Made by a program: the position numbers and the translations under genes. DNA of 47,070 bases, from the IMG/VR virus record IMGVR_UViG_3300011337_000086, positions 1 to 47,070 of that record; one strand, given 5' to 3'. How positions within the stretch are numbered: position 1 is the stretch's first letter; each line of letters opens with the position of its first letter. The stretch comes from a virus (Duplodnaviria > Caudoviricetes). Below are positions 18,026 to 28,095 of the stretch, piece after piece. The notes beneath the pieces are model-generated. The model did not search any database, was not told where the DNA came from, and saw only the letters and a program-made list of their open reading frames with translations.

Positions 18026-19597
18026 TTAGAAACCTTCTCTTAAGATTGTTGTGGTAGAATCATAGTAAAGGGAACCAGCATCACCGAGTTTAGCGAATGG
18101 TCTGTTCTTTGAAATCTTAAAGTTAGTGGTGTTCTGTTCCACCTCATCCTCACTCTCAACATCACGTGCAATCTCTATACAGATGATAGCCTCTTCTTCC
18201 AACGCACCAGCGTACTTAGTGCGTCCATCCTCGTTGACCTGACTGATGAAGATCACACCGATGTTCAACTCCTTAGCAAGCTGTGCCATCTGTGCGCCTA
18301 GTGATGTCAGCGTCGAGGTTGCACCATCTACACCAGCATTGGATAGATAAGCAAGACGTTGCACATGGTCAATGAAAAGATAACCTGCACCATACACAGA
18401 TGCAGCAAGGCGTACATACTCTAGCAACTTCATAGGATCATCATGCACCCGCATCTCGAAGATGATTGTGCGTTCTGCTTTGGTTGCTTTCTGTGCAGCC
18501 TTGATGACATCATCCTCACTCACCCCGTTATCACGAGCATCATCCTTTGTACGTACATTAACACCCAACTCGTAGGTAGCCATAGCACGATACGTTGTGG
18601 ACTTCATCTCTTCCATGTGCAGCAGGGCAATACGTTCATCAGGATCAGCCAGCATAGCCATCTCGAAGAAGCGCACAACCTCTGTCTTACCCATACCACG
18701 GGGTGCTTTGATAAAGGTTAGGCCACCCTTGACCAACCCTCGGCACTTCTCGTCGATACCAGCATGACCTGTTGGGACATAGCTGTATGGGTTCTCCTTA
18801 CGAATAGCATCCTCAACAGCCTCATCAGAACAGAAGAAGTTGTCTGGCGTGTAGCGTTGGGGTTTGACTGCTGCCCACTTAAGGGTATCACCAGCGCCTG
18901 CCATTAGGAACTCATTGGCATCCTTGTACTGGGACATAGGGACATACCAGAAGTTCTTGGGGAAGGCTGCATACAGAAGCTCTGCTGCCCTACGCCCAGC
19001 ATCATCAAGCTCACCAGCATAGATGATATCCTGAAAGGTGGATAGATACTTGTAGTTCTTCTTGATGAACTTGTCACCAATGCTGGCACTGGGCAGGGAC
19101 TTGACGGGGTAGGTCTTGCCTAGGATTTGATACAATGATGCAGCATCAAACTCTCCCTCAGTGATGAAAATTTTCTTTGACGTACCAGCATTAAACTCTG
19201 GGCCAAAGAGGTCATCCATAGTCTTGCCCTTCTCCTTCGTCCAGAAGACCTTCTCCTCAAACCCACGATACTTTACATTGTCAGTATGCTTGAACGCATA
19301 GCGAACTGGTTTGCCATCCACGCCAAGCTGTAGCTGGATGCTATATAGTTTGCATACGTCTGGGTCAATACCACGGATACCCTCGTAGGTAAACCCTGTT
19401 GTTGGTACAGACTTAATATCAACTTGCTCTTTCACGGGATACCTTTCTGTTGCCCAATCCTTTAACCCTTTCATTCCTTTTGGGGGGTAACTGCCACCAC
19501 AGGAGTGACACTTACCAAACCCTTTGTCGTTCCAAGCAAATGCGTCAGAACTTTTACATCCCTCTAGGGGACACTCCTGATGGGGATACTCACTCAA
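18026..19597 (-). CDS. DNA primase-helicase (T7 gp4-like)
   Basis: N-terminal Cys4 zinc domain, TOPRIM 'ITEGEFDAAS', Walker A 'APRGMGKT', 'FIDH', 'ISQVN'. Confidence 0.93.
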   Translation of the reverse strand: MSEYPHQECPLEGCKSSDAFAWNDKGFGKCHSCGGSYPPKGMKGLKDWATERYPVKEQVDIKSVPTTGFTYEGIRGIDPDVCKLYSIQLQLGVDGKPVRYAFKHTDNVKYRGFEEKVFWTKEKGKTMDDLFGPEFNAGTSKKIFITEGEFDAASLYQILGKTYPVKSLPSASIGDKFIKKNYKYLSTFQDIIYAGELDDAGRRAAELLYAAFPKNFWYVPMSQYKDANEFLMAGAGDTLKWAAVKPQRYTPDNFFCSDEAVEDAIRKENPYSYVPTGHAGIDEKCRGLVKGGLTFIKAPRGMGKTEVVRFFEMAMLADPDERIALLHMEEMKSTTYRAMATYELGVNVRTKDDARDNGVSEDDVIKAAQKATKAERTIIFEMRVHDDPMKLLEYVRLAASVYGAGYLFIDHVQRLAYLSNAGVDGATSTLTSLGAQMAQLAKELNIGVIFISQVNEDGRTKYAGALEEEAIICIEIARDVESEDEVEQNTTNFKISKNRPFAKLGDAGSLYYDSTTTILREGF

Positions 19598-19602
19598 TTA
19601 CC

Positions 19603-20103
19603 TTAATCTCCAGAGGGTAGACAATAGTCTGCAATAAGGTTATCTCGGGTACGCTTCGCCGCCTTGTAGTCCTTCTTGTTCCAAAACTCAGGGTACTCAT
19701 TCCACACCTTAATGTACTGATCGACTTCTTCTATTAACTCCGTCAGTAGTTCTACAGCAATGCTGGCTTTCTGCTCGTCGTCAAGTCCACGCCATTCGAA
19801 TTTACACTTATCCATTTCATTATCTCCTTCCAAGATATGAGGGCCATTACATTTCCAAGGTGTCACACAGTTAGGACACTGCGGCTCTTGCGAAATTACC
19901 TGAGGGTACAGTGGGTTGTAATATGTTTGAACAAAAGGTGGTGGCTGCACAGGTTTATCCTGCTTCAATAGATATTGAACGATCCAGTTAATGTCGTTCT
20001 GAATCTTATCTAGCTTATCTTCATTCAATCGTGAAAGTTTCTCTTGAAGGTAGATGATATGCTCAAGAAGTTGCTCACGAGTCATGCCAGAAATATCCTT
20101 CAT
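19603..20103 (-). CDS. Hypothetical protein (possibly two fused ORFs)
   Basis: ATGA-coupled start; internal GGAG plus in-frame ATG before MDKCKF. Confidence 0.6.
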   Translation of the reverse strand: MKDISGMTREQLLEHIIYLQEKLSRLNEDKLDKIQNDINWIVQYLLKQDKPVQPPPFVQTYYNPLYPQVISQEPQCPNCVTPWKCNGPHILEGDNEMDKCKFEWRGLDDEQKASIAVELLTELIEEVDQYIKVWNEYPEFWNKKDYKAAKRTRDNLIADYCLPSGD

Positions 20104-20270
20104 CCCTCTTCTCCACAACACATAATTGTTTGATGGGGCCGTCTAGCTAACTGTCTTTCTGTTTTACCACACTTAACACACCGCATCTCATAAAGATCAT
20201 CATCATGCCATGCCTTAGATTCAACCTCAATGACTACGATGTGTTTATCTTCCCCGCTGCAAAACTTCAT
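20100..20270 (-). CDS. Small Cys-rich hypothetical protein
   Basis: ATGA overlaps on both ends; CxxC. Confidence 0.6.
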   Translation of the reverse strand: MKFCSGEDKHIVVIEVESKAWHDDDLYEMRCVKCGKTERQLARRPHQTIMCCGEEG

Positions 20271-20986
20271 ACCTGTTCTCCTACTAATGCTACCCAAGAT
20301 ACTGGGAATAGCTGTTTCATCTCTTTGCTGATCTGGTCTGCAACCAGCCGTGTCTCATACTGTGTGTCATCCTTGCAGCGTAGCTTACACATATCTGCGA
20401 AGGCGTCAAGTGACCCTGACCAATACCATTCAGTCATAGTCGATTGAGGTAGAACCATACGTGCTTGCTCTGGGGCTACTCCTGATTTAATCAGGGTATT
20501 GTAAAGTTCAATGGACTCTAGGTTACTTCCCTCTAAGTAGTCTGTAATATCAATCATCCAACTTCCATCAGGGTGGCAACACTCACCGACACCACAACCA
20601 ACATCTACTTGAGTAATGACAACATCAGAACTTCCTTGCTTCTTGTCCTTACTCTTACCACGCCATACCTCTGGGGTATAGAACTCAGGTTCATCATCAA
20701 CATAACGACGACTGATTTCATTCCAGCGTAAGTATTGATGCTTAACCAACTGCCGTGCAACAAAGATAGGAGCTTTCACGTGGAAGGATGCAAAGGCATG
20801 GCCAAAGGGTGAGAAGTGCTTATGTTCTGCAAGATACTTGATTAGCTTTACGTCTTTTCCCGAAAGAACACGACCCTCTAGTGCTTCTTCAAACTGTGAC
20901 TTCTTACCAAAAGACACCCTTGCTGCATTAACAGTCGTAAGGTCACTGCCACAGTGGTCTACATACTCTGCTTTGATTTGAGCCAA
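20267..20986 (-). CDS. thyX: Flavin-dependent thymidylate synthase
   Basis: 'VNAARVS', 'HFSPF', 'ARQLVKH...NEISRRY', 'EQARMVLP'. Confidence 0.93.
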   Translation of the reverse strand: MAQIKAEYVDHCGSDLTTVNAARVSFGKKSQFEEALEGRVLSGKDVKLIKYLAEHKHFSPFGHAFASFHVKAPIFVARQLVKHQYLRWNEISRRYVDDEPEFYTPEVWRGKSKDKKQGSSDVVITQVDVGCGVGECCHPDGSWMIDITDYLEGSNLESIELYNTLIKSGVAPEQARMVLPQSTMTEWYWSGSLDAFADMCKLRCKDDTQYETRLVADQISKEMKQLFPVSWVALVGEQV

Positions 20987-21429
20987 TCTACTAACCTTTC
21001 TAACTCTTCTAGTTTTGCGTTGTCTTTTATTCTATTTGCCCTTTGTGAGAGCCAAGCCACGTTACCATTTACATAACCTAACTCTGGTATGATTCTGTCT
21101 AACTCTGCGTGTTGAGGGGAGTTCTTGAGGGCTTGGATGTCCAATGGTATATTAAACACTGGGCAAACATCTGTCCAAATTTCCTTCAGGTGATCCTCTG
21201 TTAAATCAAAAGCTAAACTTTTTGCTTTAGCTCTGGCTCTGCAAGCCCTTACCCTTATTGCATACCTATTCTTTGTGCGGTAATCCTCTTGATACCCTTT
21301 GTTTTTCTCGATATAACACGTCTTGCAGTATTTATAAAACCCTTTCCTATTCCTGTAAAACTCAAACTGGGGTTTTTCCTCTTGGCAATTCTCGCACACC
21401 CTATCGCAGACTACTGCAATCGTTACCAT
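20959..21429 (-). CDS. HNH-type homing endonuclease
   Basis: N-terminal CxxC..CxxC; 'CPVFNIP...ELDRIIPELGYVNGNVAWLSQRANRIK'. Confidence 0.85.
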   Translation of the reverse strand: MVTIAVVCDRVCENCQEEKPQFEFYRNRKGFYKYCKTCYIEKNKGYQEDYRTKNRYAIRVRACRARAKAKSLAFDLTEDHLKEIWTDVCPVFNIPLDIQALKNSPQHAELDRIIPELGYVNGNVAWLSQRANRIKDNAKLEELERLVDWLKSKQSM

Positions 21430-21632
21430 TTCTTTCTCACTTTCCAATAAACCCAACACTCCATACAGTGATCTTCCCCAAGGAAGAAGTCAATAGGCTT
21501 AACTATATTTGGATACCCCCTGCGTTGCCAGTCGTGGTTCCTAGCACTGAACGTCTGGTTATTGCTACCACCAAGGATAACATTTAGCAAGACGCTCAGT
21601 GCGACGACAAGCCTATTAAGATAGCGTAACAT
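21423..21632 (-). CDS. Small hypothetical phage protein
   Basis: 'LNVILGG...TFSAR...ID....DHC' pattern common in phages. Confidence 0.7.
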   Translation of the reverse strand: MLRYLNRLVVALSVLLNVILGGSNNQTFSARNHDWQRRGYPNIVKPIDFFLGEDHCMECWVYWKVRKKW

Positions 21633-21978
21633 TCAGCTTAGCCAGAGGTTTGAACTCTACACTTGCAGCAGGAGACTTGGTGTCGAGCTTAACAACCTGA
21701 GCAATGCAACGTCCCAGAGGCGAATCAAACAGGTAGAAGGCATTCAGTTCAAGCTGATCTTTGTTCCCAAGGTAGCTATAGATTTGCTTACCCGTCTCAA
21801 ACTGGACAGACACAGTGTATGGCATGACTTCTTCGATCAAGGTCTTGTCATAGGACTTAACTTCACCAGTGCCTTTGATTTCCATCACCCACTTGCCAGT
21901 GCTATCTACTGCCAGCTTATGCCCATACGTAGCGGCGGTCAAGGGGTTGTTGATTTGATACAGTTTCTTCTCAGTCAT
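21616..21978 (-). CDS. Hypothetical protein
   Basis: Probable start MTEKK at 21978 after AAGGA. Confidence 0.7.
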   Translation of the reverse strand: MTEKKLYQINNPLTAATYGHKLAVDSTGKWVMEIKGTGEVKSYDKTLIEEVMPYTVSVQFETGKQIYSYLGNKDQLELNAFYLFDSPLGRCIAQVVKLDTKSPAASVEFKPLAKLNVTLS

Positions 21979-22099
21979 ATTGCTTTCCTTTTGTGGTGTG
22001 TTCCAATCGCCTTCAAGCCAGTTATTCCGTGGGCGATACTTAAGTTGAGCCAGATACTTATAGCTCTCTAGTAGGTGTGAGGTTTCTTCATTTTCCATA

Positions 22100-22495
22100 T
22101 TAGTTCAAGTCCAAGTCAATGTCTGGGATGATTTCTTGTGGACGGAAGATCACGCGATAATGATTACCACTAACATTACCAGACTGTAGTTGCTCTACGA
22201 AGTAAGTCACGTTATCAGACAGCCCAAGGAAATGTTTCTTGTACTCATTGGGTGCAGTCTTACAGGTGATCGTAAGTTCACCTGCATCGTCGTGATTACC
22301 AAGAGAGCAGTAACCTTCAACAGTCAGCATATAGGTGTCAGTGATACCATTGTAGAAGACTACACGACGAGCAATCTCGAAGTTGTCAGCCGCAGTGGAT
22401 AGGTTGCTAGAGGCTACGTCTGCCTCATTACAAGCAGTGAGTGTTAGTCCAGCCAGAGCAATCGCAGTGGCCAGAAGGAGAGCTTTAAGTTTCAT
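22100..22495 (-). CDS. Phage lipoprotein
   Basis: Signal peptide with lipobox LTAC. Confidence 0.8.
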   Translation of the reverse strand: MKLKALLLATAIALAGLTLTACNEADVASSNLSTAADNFEIARRVVFYNGITDTYMLTVEGYCSLGNHDDAGELTITCKTAPNEYKKHFLGLSDNVTYFVEQLQSGNVSGNHYRVIFRPQEIIPDIDLDLN

Positions 22496-22510
22496 ATCTT
22501 GTTTCCTCTC

Positions 22511-23404
22511 TCAAAACAATTCAGTCATTGTAGTCTTTACCTTTTGCACAGTCAACCTATTCAAAGCACCGAAGTCGATCTTAGGGTTCTTATGTTTCTT
22601 AAGAATCTCCCAGATTTCCTCGGTGATAAGGTCATGCCATACCATACCCAATAGCTGCGGGATATACTGTGACTTCCAACCTTCCCTCTCGTTGGTGATC
22701 TTAGCATGAACCTTACGTACAAGGTGTTCAGTAACAAACTCGTCAACGATAGTATCTTCTACGATCTTACCGCCTACCTCTGGCGCACCCATAACTTGAT
22801 GATGCTTTTCTTTGAAGGAGTTGGTGATAAGCTTGGCCCATGTCACACGACCGAAACTATTTTGCCAACCATAATTCTTAATGACAACACCCTCACCAAC
22901 ACCAGCCCCATCCTTAATCAAGAACACATTCTTCTCTAGGCAAGTAAGGTAATGCTCAAGAGAACCATTACGAATCTGTGCAAGTGGGGCCAGATATTTT
23001 AGACCATGTTTATCAAGACCTTCCTTATACTGGTCGTAGTGTAGCAGCATCCCAGTATTCTGATCCAACACATCGAAGATATAGAACTTACGCCAAGCAT
23101 CATCCCGATATGTGTTAAGTGTGTGAGGCACAAGCCATTCACCATAGAGGGTGTGGTTAGGGAACTCTGTCAGGTAAGCCTTATAGTTAGCTTGCTGCTG
23201 AACCCAAGCATAAAACCCTGCATTGTCAGACCCTGAGGATAGCACACGATTGCGACTGCCTGCCATCAGGTTATCATCAACCATCCACACTGATCCATTG
23301 GTTCCGTCCAGCTTAGGGAAGACATAAGTAAGACCAACTTCGATACCTTCTACCTCGGTTGTACCAAGTCTTTCCAAGTGCATATACTTAACGAACTCAC
23401 TCAT
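22511..23404 (-). CDS. RNA ligase (Rnl2-like nucleotidyltransferase)
   Basis: Motif I 'PKLDGTN', 'YGEW', 'FYIFDV', 'GEGVVIK', 'WAK'. Confidence 0.8.
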   Translation of the reverse strand: MSEFVKYMHLERLGTTEVEGIEVGLTYVFPKLDGTNGSVWMVDDNLMAGSRNRVLSSGSDNAGFYAWVQQQANYKAYLTEFPNHTLYGEWLVPHTLNTYRDDAWRKFYIFDVLDQNTGMLLHYDQYKEGLDKHGLKYLAPLAQIRNGSLEHYLTCLEKNVFLIKDGAGVGEGVVIKNYGWQNSFGRVTWAKLITNSFKEKHHQVMGAPEVGGKIVEDTIVDEFVTEHLVRKVHAKITNEREGWKSQYIPQLLGMVWHDLITEEIWEILKKHKNPKIDFGALNRLTVQKVKTTMTELF

Positions 23405-24480
23405 GTCTTGTTACCTTTCCTAATCCCTTGTGCTGTCTTAGCACCATTGTATGTATGCCTCATGTATGGATTGAGGCTGCTGATGTTCTTATGCCCTGTC
23501 ACCTGCATGATCCCAATACTGTCAACGCCCGCTGCCACGAACTCGTTGATAGCTGTCTTACGCAAGTGACCAATCTTCAAATCTTCTGGTAGTCCACACG
23601 CAACCTTTATAGAGCGAAGTATAGGGCCAAAGGTTACTGGTGTCAACGGCACATAAGCATTGTCAGATATACGATGGTGTGGAACCACTAGCTTTTGGAA
23701 GCCCCAGTCATCCTGCTGTTGCTTAAGTAATCCAAGTAATGGTTCATCAATGGGCAGGAACACCTCGGCCCCACGCTTAGACTGCTTGATGGAAACCTTA
23801 GCACCAGCCAGATCAACCTTGTCCCATGTTAGGTGGCAGATATCTGTAGGTCGTTGCGCCCACTCGTAGCACATCATCACGAGAAGCCCTACGTTTCTCC
23901 ACTTGAAATCCTTGAAGGCTGTGTCAAGGAACAACTCTACTTGGTCTTGTTTCCAGATAGGTGTAGAAGGTTCATGCTTTAGTTTCTTGACCTTACCCAT
24001 AGGGTTGTCGTTGATCAAGTCCAAGGATCGTGCGAAGTTTAGCACCACAGAGAATAGCCTTGCCCGTTCATTGGCCCTAGCCACGGAGTGTTCAGATACC
24101 CACTGCTCGTATACCTCGTTGCACAGCTTGGCAGTGAGCTTGTTGACAGACACATCACCTATCCAAATGCCTGATACCTTTAGCAATTCAGCCTCATACT
24201 TGGTCTGGGAACTACCAGCAAGAGAGGCAAACTGTTTGGATAATAGGTAGTAGTTGATGATGTGTTTAACCTTAGAGGTTGGGCCTACGTTACCCTCTTT
24301 GATATATCCTTTACGATAGGCTGCTACCTTTTCGAGTAGTCTAGGTATCTCATAACGTGCAGCCCTACCATCGGTAAAGGTCTTGGATGCAACTACACCA
24401 GCCTTTCTAACTCCTTCTGGTGGACTAAACCTATAGACAGTTGACCCATCCTTTAGTGTAATCTTCTTTGTATACTTCAT
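23401..24480 (-). CDS. Tyrosine recombinase/integrase family protein
   Basis: R (AQRPTDI), K (KQSKRG), 'GHLRKT', 'TGH', catalytic Y (LNPY). Confidence 0.88.
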   Translation of the reverse strand: MKYTKKITLKDGSTVYRFSPPEGVRKAGVVASKTFTDGRAARYEIPRLLEKVAAYRKGYIKEGNVGPTSKVKHIINYYLLSKQFASLAGSSQTKYEAELLKVSGIWIGDVSVNKLTAKLCNEVYEQWVSEHSVARANERARLFSVVLNFARSLDLINDNPMGKVKKLKHEPSTPIWKQDQVELFLDTAFKDFKWRNVGLLVMMCYEWAQRPTDICHLTWDKVDLAGAKVSIKQSKRGAEVFLPIDEPLLGLLKQQQDDWGFQKLVVPHHRISDNAYVPLTPVTFGPILRSIKVACGLPEDLKIGHLRKTAINEFVAAGVDSIGIMQVTGHKNISSLNPYMRHTYNGAKTAQGIRKGNKT

Positions 24481-24497
24481 GTTGTTCCCTTTGTGTA

Positions 24498-24592
24498 AGG
24501 GTAGCACTTGCATAAGTCATCATCATGTGCTACCCTCTATCTCTTTATGTATTACTTAAGTATTTATCTCTTAAGAATATAATACTTAAGTT
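24498..24592. repeat. Inverted repeat plus CTTAAG-rich AT tract upstream of recombinase
   Basis: AGGGTAGCAC(24498)/GTGCTACCCT(24527); three CTTAAG palindromes in 24555-24590. Confidence 0.7.
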
Positions 24593-24800
24593 AAACATAA
24601 GGTGTCTCTTTAGGCATAACCATAGAGAGAACCTTATTGAGATGCAGAATGTATCCACTTGCATCTTGCACTGCTTCATAGACAGTGATACTATTACCCT
24701 CAAGACTTTCTTCTCTGCCAAAGAAGACAGCCTCAGCCAATCCCTCGAACACAGATGAGGTAACAGTCTCACCACTATCCCTGACGTAAACACTATACAT
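24591..24800 (-). CDS. Hypothetical protein
   Basis: 69 aa, AGGA RBS. Confidence 0.6.
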   Translation of the reverse strand: MYSVYVRDSGETVTSSVFEGLAEAVFFGREESLEGNSITVYEAVQDASGYILHLNKVLSMVMPKETPYV

Positions 24801-24809
24801 CTTGTTGTC

Positions 24810-24878
24810 CTATGTAAAGAGTAGAAGTAATATAATCAGGGTAGCATTCACCAGAAAGGCTAAGTCTATACCCCTCAT
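24810..24878 (-). CDS. Possible 22-aa membrane peptide (MRGIDLAFLVNATLIILLLLFT)
   Basis: TAATG-coupled to the rIIB stop; hydrophobic. Confidence 0.4.
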   Translation of the reverse strand: MRGIDLAFLVNATLIILLLLFT

Positions 24879-25774
24879 TATGAGTTCACACACCAGCAGT
24901 CAGGATCACCACACTTGTCAGCATCATCCTCTACAATTCCATCAAGTTCTTCTTGTTCATCATTGTAGTGCACTTCCCACTCGTGTTCTTCCTCGGTAAG
25001 ATCGAAGTCATCCTCTGGTACATACTCACCATACATCTTGTTGTCAAGGATTTCTGGAATACGTGCAGGTTCAATCTCTTCAACCACCTTGTATTCACAG
25101 ACCCGCATCTTCGCAAAGTCGTAGTCATAAGGTACAGCTACAACATTCGCAGGGTTTACTTCAACCACCACAGTACGCGAGTTGGCAGCGTCAGCAAAGC
25201 CTTGTAGATACTGGTCAGCGCATACGTGCAAGCCAGACGAACAGGTGTTCTTTGGATCATCATCTACCTTGCGGCGATCCATCTGTACCACATTGCCTAC
25301 GCTGTTGTCCATAGTACCACTATGAATGTCCTTGTAGTCCTTGCGGATACGCTTGAAGGCAATGAAGTAACCCTCTGGTGTGATCGGTGCGTTGAAGTTC
25401 TCAAGGAAGTTGAACAGGCATTCACGAGAACGGAACGATGGGTTCTGCATAAGGTTCTCAAGGAACCGAACCCAAGGCGTAGCATCAAAGCCCTCGTCCA
25501 GTAGGTCTAGCAGCTTGTCTGTGAGTGCGTTGTGGATTGCCTCACCCTCATACCAGACAACACCATCTGCAATCTCTACCTTAGCTCCAACGGCAGACTT
25601 GCGAATGTTCTCTTCACGATCTGCCAGACGCAGGATCACTTCAAGTGAATGTTCAGGTAGCTTGAGGTGGTCACGCAGTAGATCAAAGTTCTTATGCCCA
25701 GACAGGACAGTGTGCATCTTACCACCAGCAAAGACAGTGATGCTTTCATTCGAGAGTGTGTAGGGAATACGCAT
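24878..25774 (-). CDS. rIIB: rIIB-like protein
   Basis: 'FLENLMQNPS', 'ITPEGYFIAFK', 'DDDPKNTCSSGLHV', 'VPYDY..AKMRVCEYKV'. Confidence 0.88.
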   Translation of the reverse strand: MRIPYTLSNESITVFAGGKMHTVLSGHKNFDLLRDHLKLPEHSLEVILRLADREENIRKSAVGAKVEIADGVVWYEGEAIHNALTDKLLDLLDEGFDATPWVRFLENLMQNPSFRSRECLFNFLENFNAPITPEGYFIAFKRIRKDYKDIHSGTMDNSVGNVVQMDRRKVDDDPKNTCSSGLHVCADQYLQGFADAANSRTVVVEVNPANVVAVPYDYDFAKMRVCEYKVVEEIEPARIPEILDNKMYGEYVPEDDFDLTEEEHEWEVHYNDEQEELDGIVEDDADKCGDPDCWCVNS

Positions 25775-25783
25775 GGTTGCTCC

Positions 25784-27733
25784 TTATGCGTTGTTGATTA
25801 GGTTGATGTAGTTCAGAAAGTGTTTAGCGTTTCTTTCCAAGTTAACTTCTAGTCCCAACAGGGGGTACTTGTCAAGGACTTCTTTGTACTCTTGACTTAC
25901 TTTCTCATCATGGATCAGTGGTAGTCCAAGTCGTTTCAAGTTACTATCCCATACGCCACGGGTCAAGCCTAGATACTCGGATTGATTAGTGCCATTCAGT
26001 CTCTTAGCGAAGTCACCAACAATACCTGTGGCAGCATCAAAGGGACGTAACCTTAGGTAGGGATAGTAATGGTAGGAATTACCTAGTGTGTGTTGGGCAG
26101 TCTTAGCACGAGCCTTAATCAACGCATCCAACATAGGCTCAATCAACTGCCACTGTGGTGCAGCCTCAAACTTTTTCCACATAGGCTTAGGCACAAGGAT
26201 AATCTCTTGTAGCATTTCACTCTTAGCCAGTGGGATGAGGTTGATAAAATGCTTAGGGTATACTCCACCTTCCATAGGAAAGTAGAAGCCACCCTTCTGG
26301 AACATAGCTTGATCCATATACATAGGGCGACGATATCCGCTATCATCTAGGCTGTTCACAGATAGTTTAGTCCGTGGCCCTGTCTTCACTGCCCCATCAT
26401 CATGTAGGTCTTTGACATACTTCACAGGGTAGTCAAGGTCATGGATCAGCGCATCTAGGTTAGTTTTTGCCAGTGGGTTAGACAGGTCAGCCTTAACCCA
26501 GATGAACCTTTCATTAGGCTTTAGGTCAGATGAGATACGCTTTGCTGCACGAACATTGGCAACCTTGTCTGACACATCCTGCACATAGATAGTGTAGTCT
26601 GCGTTTAGATATAACTCTGTCTCTAAACCAAATCCAACAGTAGAGTTATCTCTATGCCCCTTGCTGCCTACGTGAATAGACAGGACATTATACGATAGGT
26701 GTGGTCGGAAGTCTTTGATAGGTGTGCCACGCCAGCAGAAGTTAGCATTGGTGATCGTCTTGTTATACTTACAGACAGCCTTGGTTGCTCGGTATAGGCT
26801 TGGCTCTTTGTCAATTTCTACTTGTGCTTTCTCGATCATCTCCTCTTTTACTTTAGAGATAACCTTCTTGATGTTACCCAAGGTAGGATCATTAGCACCA
26901 TAGCTTAGGTCTTCACGGGAAGCAGTCACCTCAAGATCACCAATGTCAAACTCGAACACAACATTGCGAGTGTTGAAGGACAGCAAACCCATTGGCAATG
27001 AGTTGGTGTTGATAGGGTAGAGGACACACCCCATCTGTGCATAGGGGCCAGACAAGCGGCTGTCAGTGTAGAAGTAATAGCCTTCACCCTCAATCAATTT
27101 CTTAATAGGTTGGAACTGTTTGTCCCGTGAGTTCTTCACACGGGGTTGAACCTTGAACCCGTAGGATACCACCTCTGCTGCACGTTGGAAGGATGGGATA
27201 TCATCACGCTTAACAGGGAAGGATACCTCTAGTCCATCTGGCTCATTGGTAGGCGAAGGCTCGGACATAACGTGTAGCTGTGGTGATCCATCAGGGCCAA
27301 GCTGGATGGAGTAGTATGCGATCAATCCCTTGTGACGTGACACCACAGAGAACGTATCAGTGTATGACATAGGAGACATACGGCCCACACCCCACTTACC
27401 TACAGCCTTGTTGGTGTTCTCCTTAGTGGAGTGACCAAGCACAGTGTAGAAGCCTTCCATGTTCTCATGTGCAATGCCTGCACCGAAGTCACGGCAAGAG
27501 AACACAGGGGTCAGTGACGTAGGGAATGTCACCTCGAATGGAACGTCCTGCTTACCCACCATTGCGTGTGCATCAAAAGCATTTGACCAGATTTCCCTCG
27601 TGATTGACTGTGGCTTGTTCGAGTAGAGGCCAGAGATAACCATGTGGAACATCTTGCCCGATGCTTGGATGGTGAAGTCTTTAGTAGCGTGGCTGTTGTT
27701 CTCAACCACACGTAGGTTAGTATTCGTCTGCAT
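25784..27733 (-). CDS. rIIA: rIIA-like protein (N-terminal GHKL ATPase)
   Basis: 'LYSNK...REIWSNAFDAH', 'RDFGAGI', 'STK', 'GKWGVG'; adjacent to rIIB. Confidence 0.88.
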   Translation of the reverse strand: MQTNTNLRVVENNSHATKDFTIQASGKMFHMVISGLYSNKPQSITREIWSNAFDAHAMVGKQDVPFEVTFPTSLTPVFSCRDFGAGIAHENMEGFYTVLGHSTKENTNKAVGKWGVGRMSPMSYTDTFSVVSRHKGLIAYYSIQLGPDGSPQLHVMSEPSPTNEPDGLEVSFPVKRDDIPSFQRAAEVVSYGFKVQPRVKNSRDKQFQPIKKLIEGEGYYFYTDSRLSGPYAQMGCVLYPINTNSLPMGLLSFNTRNVVFEFDIGDLEVTASREDLSYGANDPTLGNIKKVISKVKEEMIEKAQVEIDKEPSLYRATKAVCKYNKTITNANFCWRGTPIKDFRPHLSYNVLSIHVGSKGHRDNSTVGFGLETELYLNADYTIYVQDVSDKVANVRAAKRISSDLKPNERFIWVKADLSNPLAKTNLDALIHDLDYPVKYVKDLHDDGAVKTGPRTKLSVNSLDDSGYRRPMYMDQAMFQKGGFYFPMEGGVYPKHFINLIPLAKSEMLQEIILVPKPMWKKFEAAPQWQLIEPMLDALIKARAKTAQHTLGNSYHYYPYLRLRPFDAATGIVGDFAKRLNGTNQSEYLGLTRGVWDSNLKRLGLPLIHDEKVSQEYKEVLDKYPLLGLEVNLERNAKHFLNYINLINNA

Positions 27734-27736
27734 GAT

Positions 27737-28075
27737 TTACTTCTTTCCTGTGAAAGTCTTCTTGCTGCCATCAGCATAGTGCAAGATAATGTCTGGGTCT
27801 TCCCAACCCCATCTGTCTGCATATTCTTGCAGGTATTTCTCCAGTGTTTTACCCTCTAGATCACGCTCAGTCACCTTGTGACCTCCATACCAGCGGTCGC
27901 CGCAGCAGTCACAGTCACGACCCCTATCAACACCATCGTAGTATATGCCAAAGTCAAATGCCTTATCCTCTGCGCGTGAATAACTGTCGGCCTCAATCAC
28001 AACACGATGTGATAGATCATCATCAACGATGAAGCTGCCACCAGAATTGTTTTGGTTCCAGATATAGAATGTCAT
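27737..28075 (-). CDS. Conserved-looking hypothetical phage protein
   Basis: 'QNNSGGSF...DCDCCGDRW'; GGAG RBS. Confidence 0.75.
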   Translation of the reverse strand: MTFYIWNQNNSGGSFIVDDDLSHRVVIEADSYSRAEDKAFDFGIYYDGVDRGRDCDCCGDRWYGGHKVTERDLEGKTLEKYLQEYADRWGWEDPDIILHYADGSKKTFTGKK

Positions 28076-28095
28076 AGCTTACTCCATGAATATGT

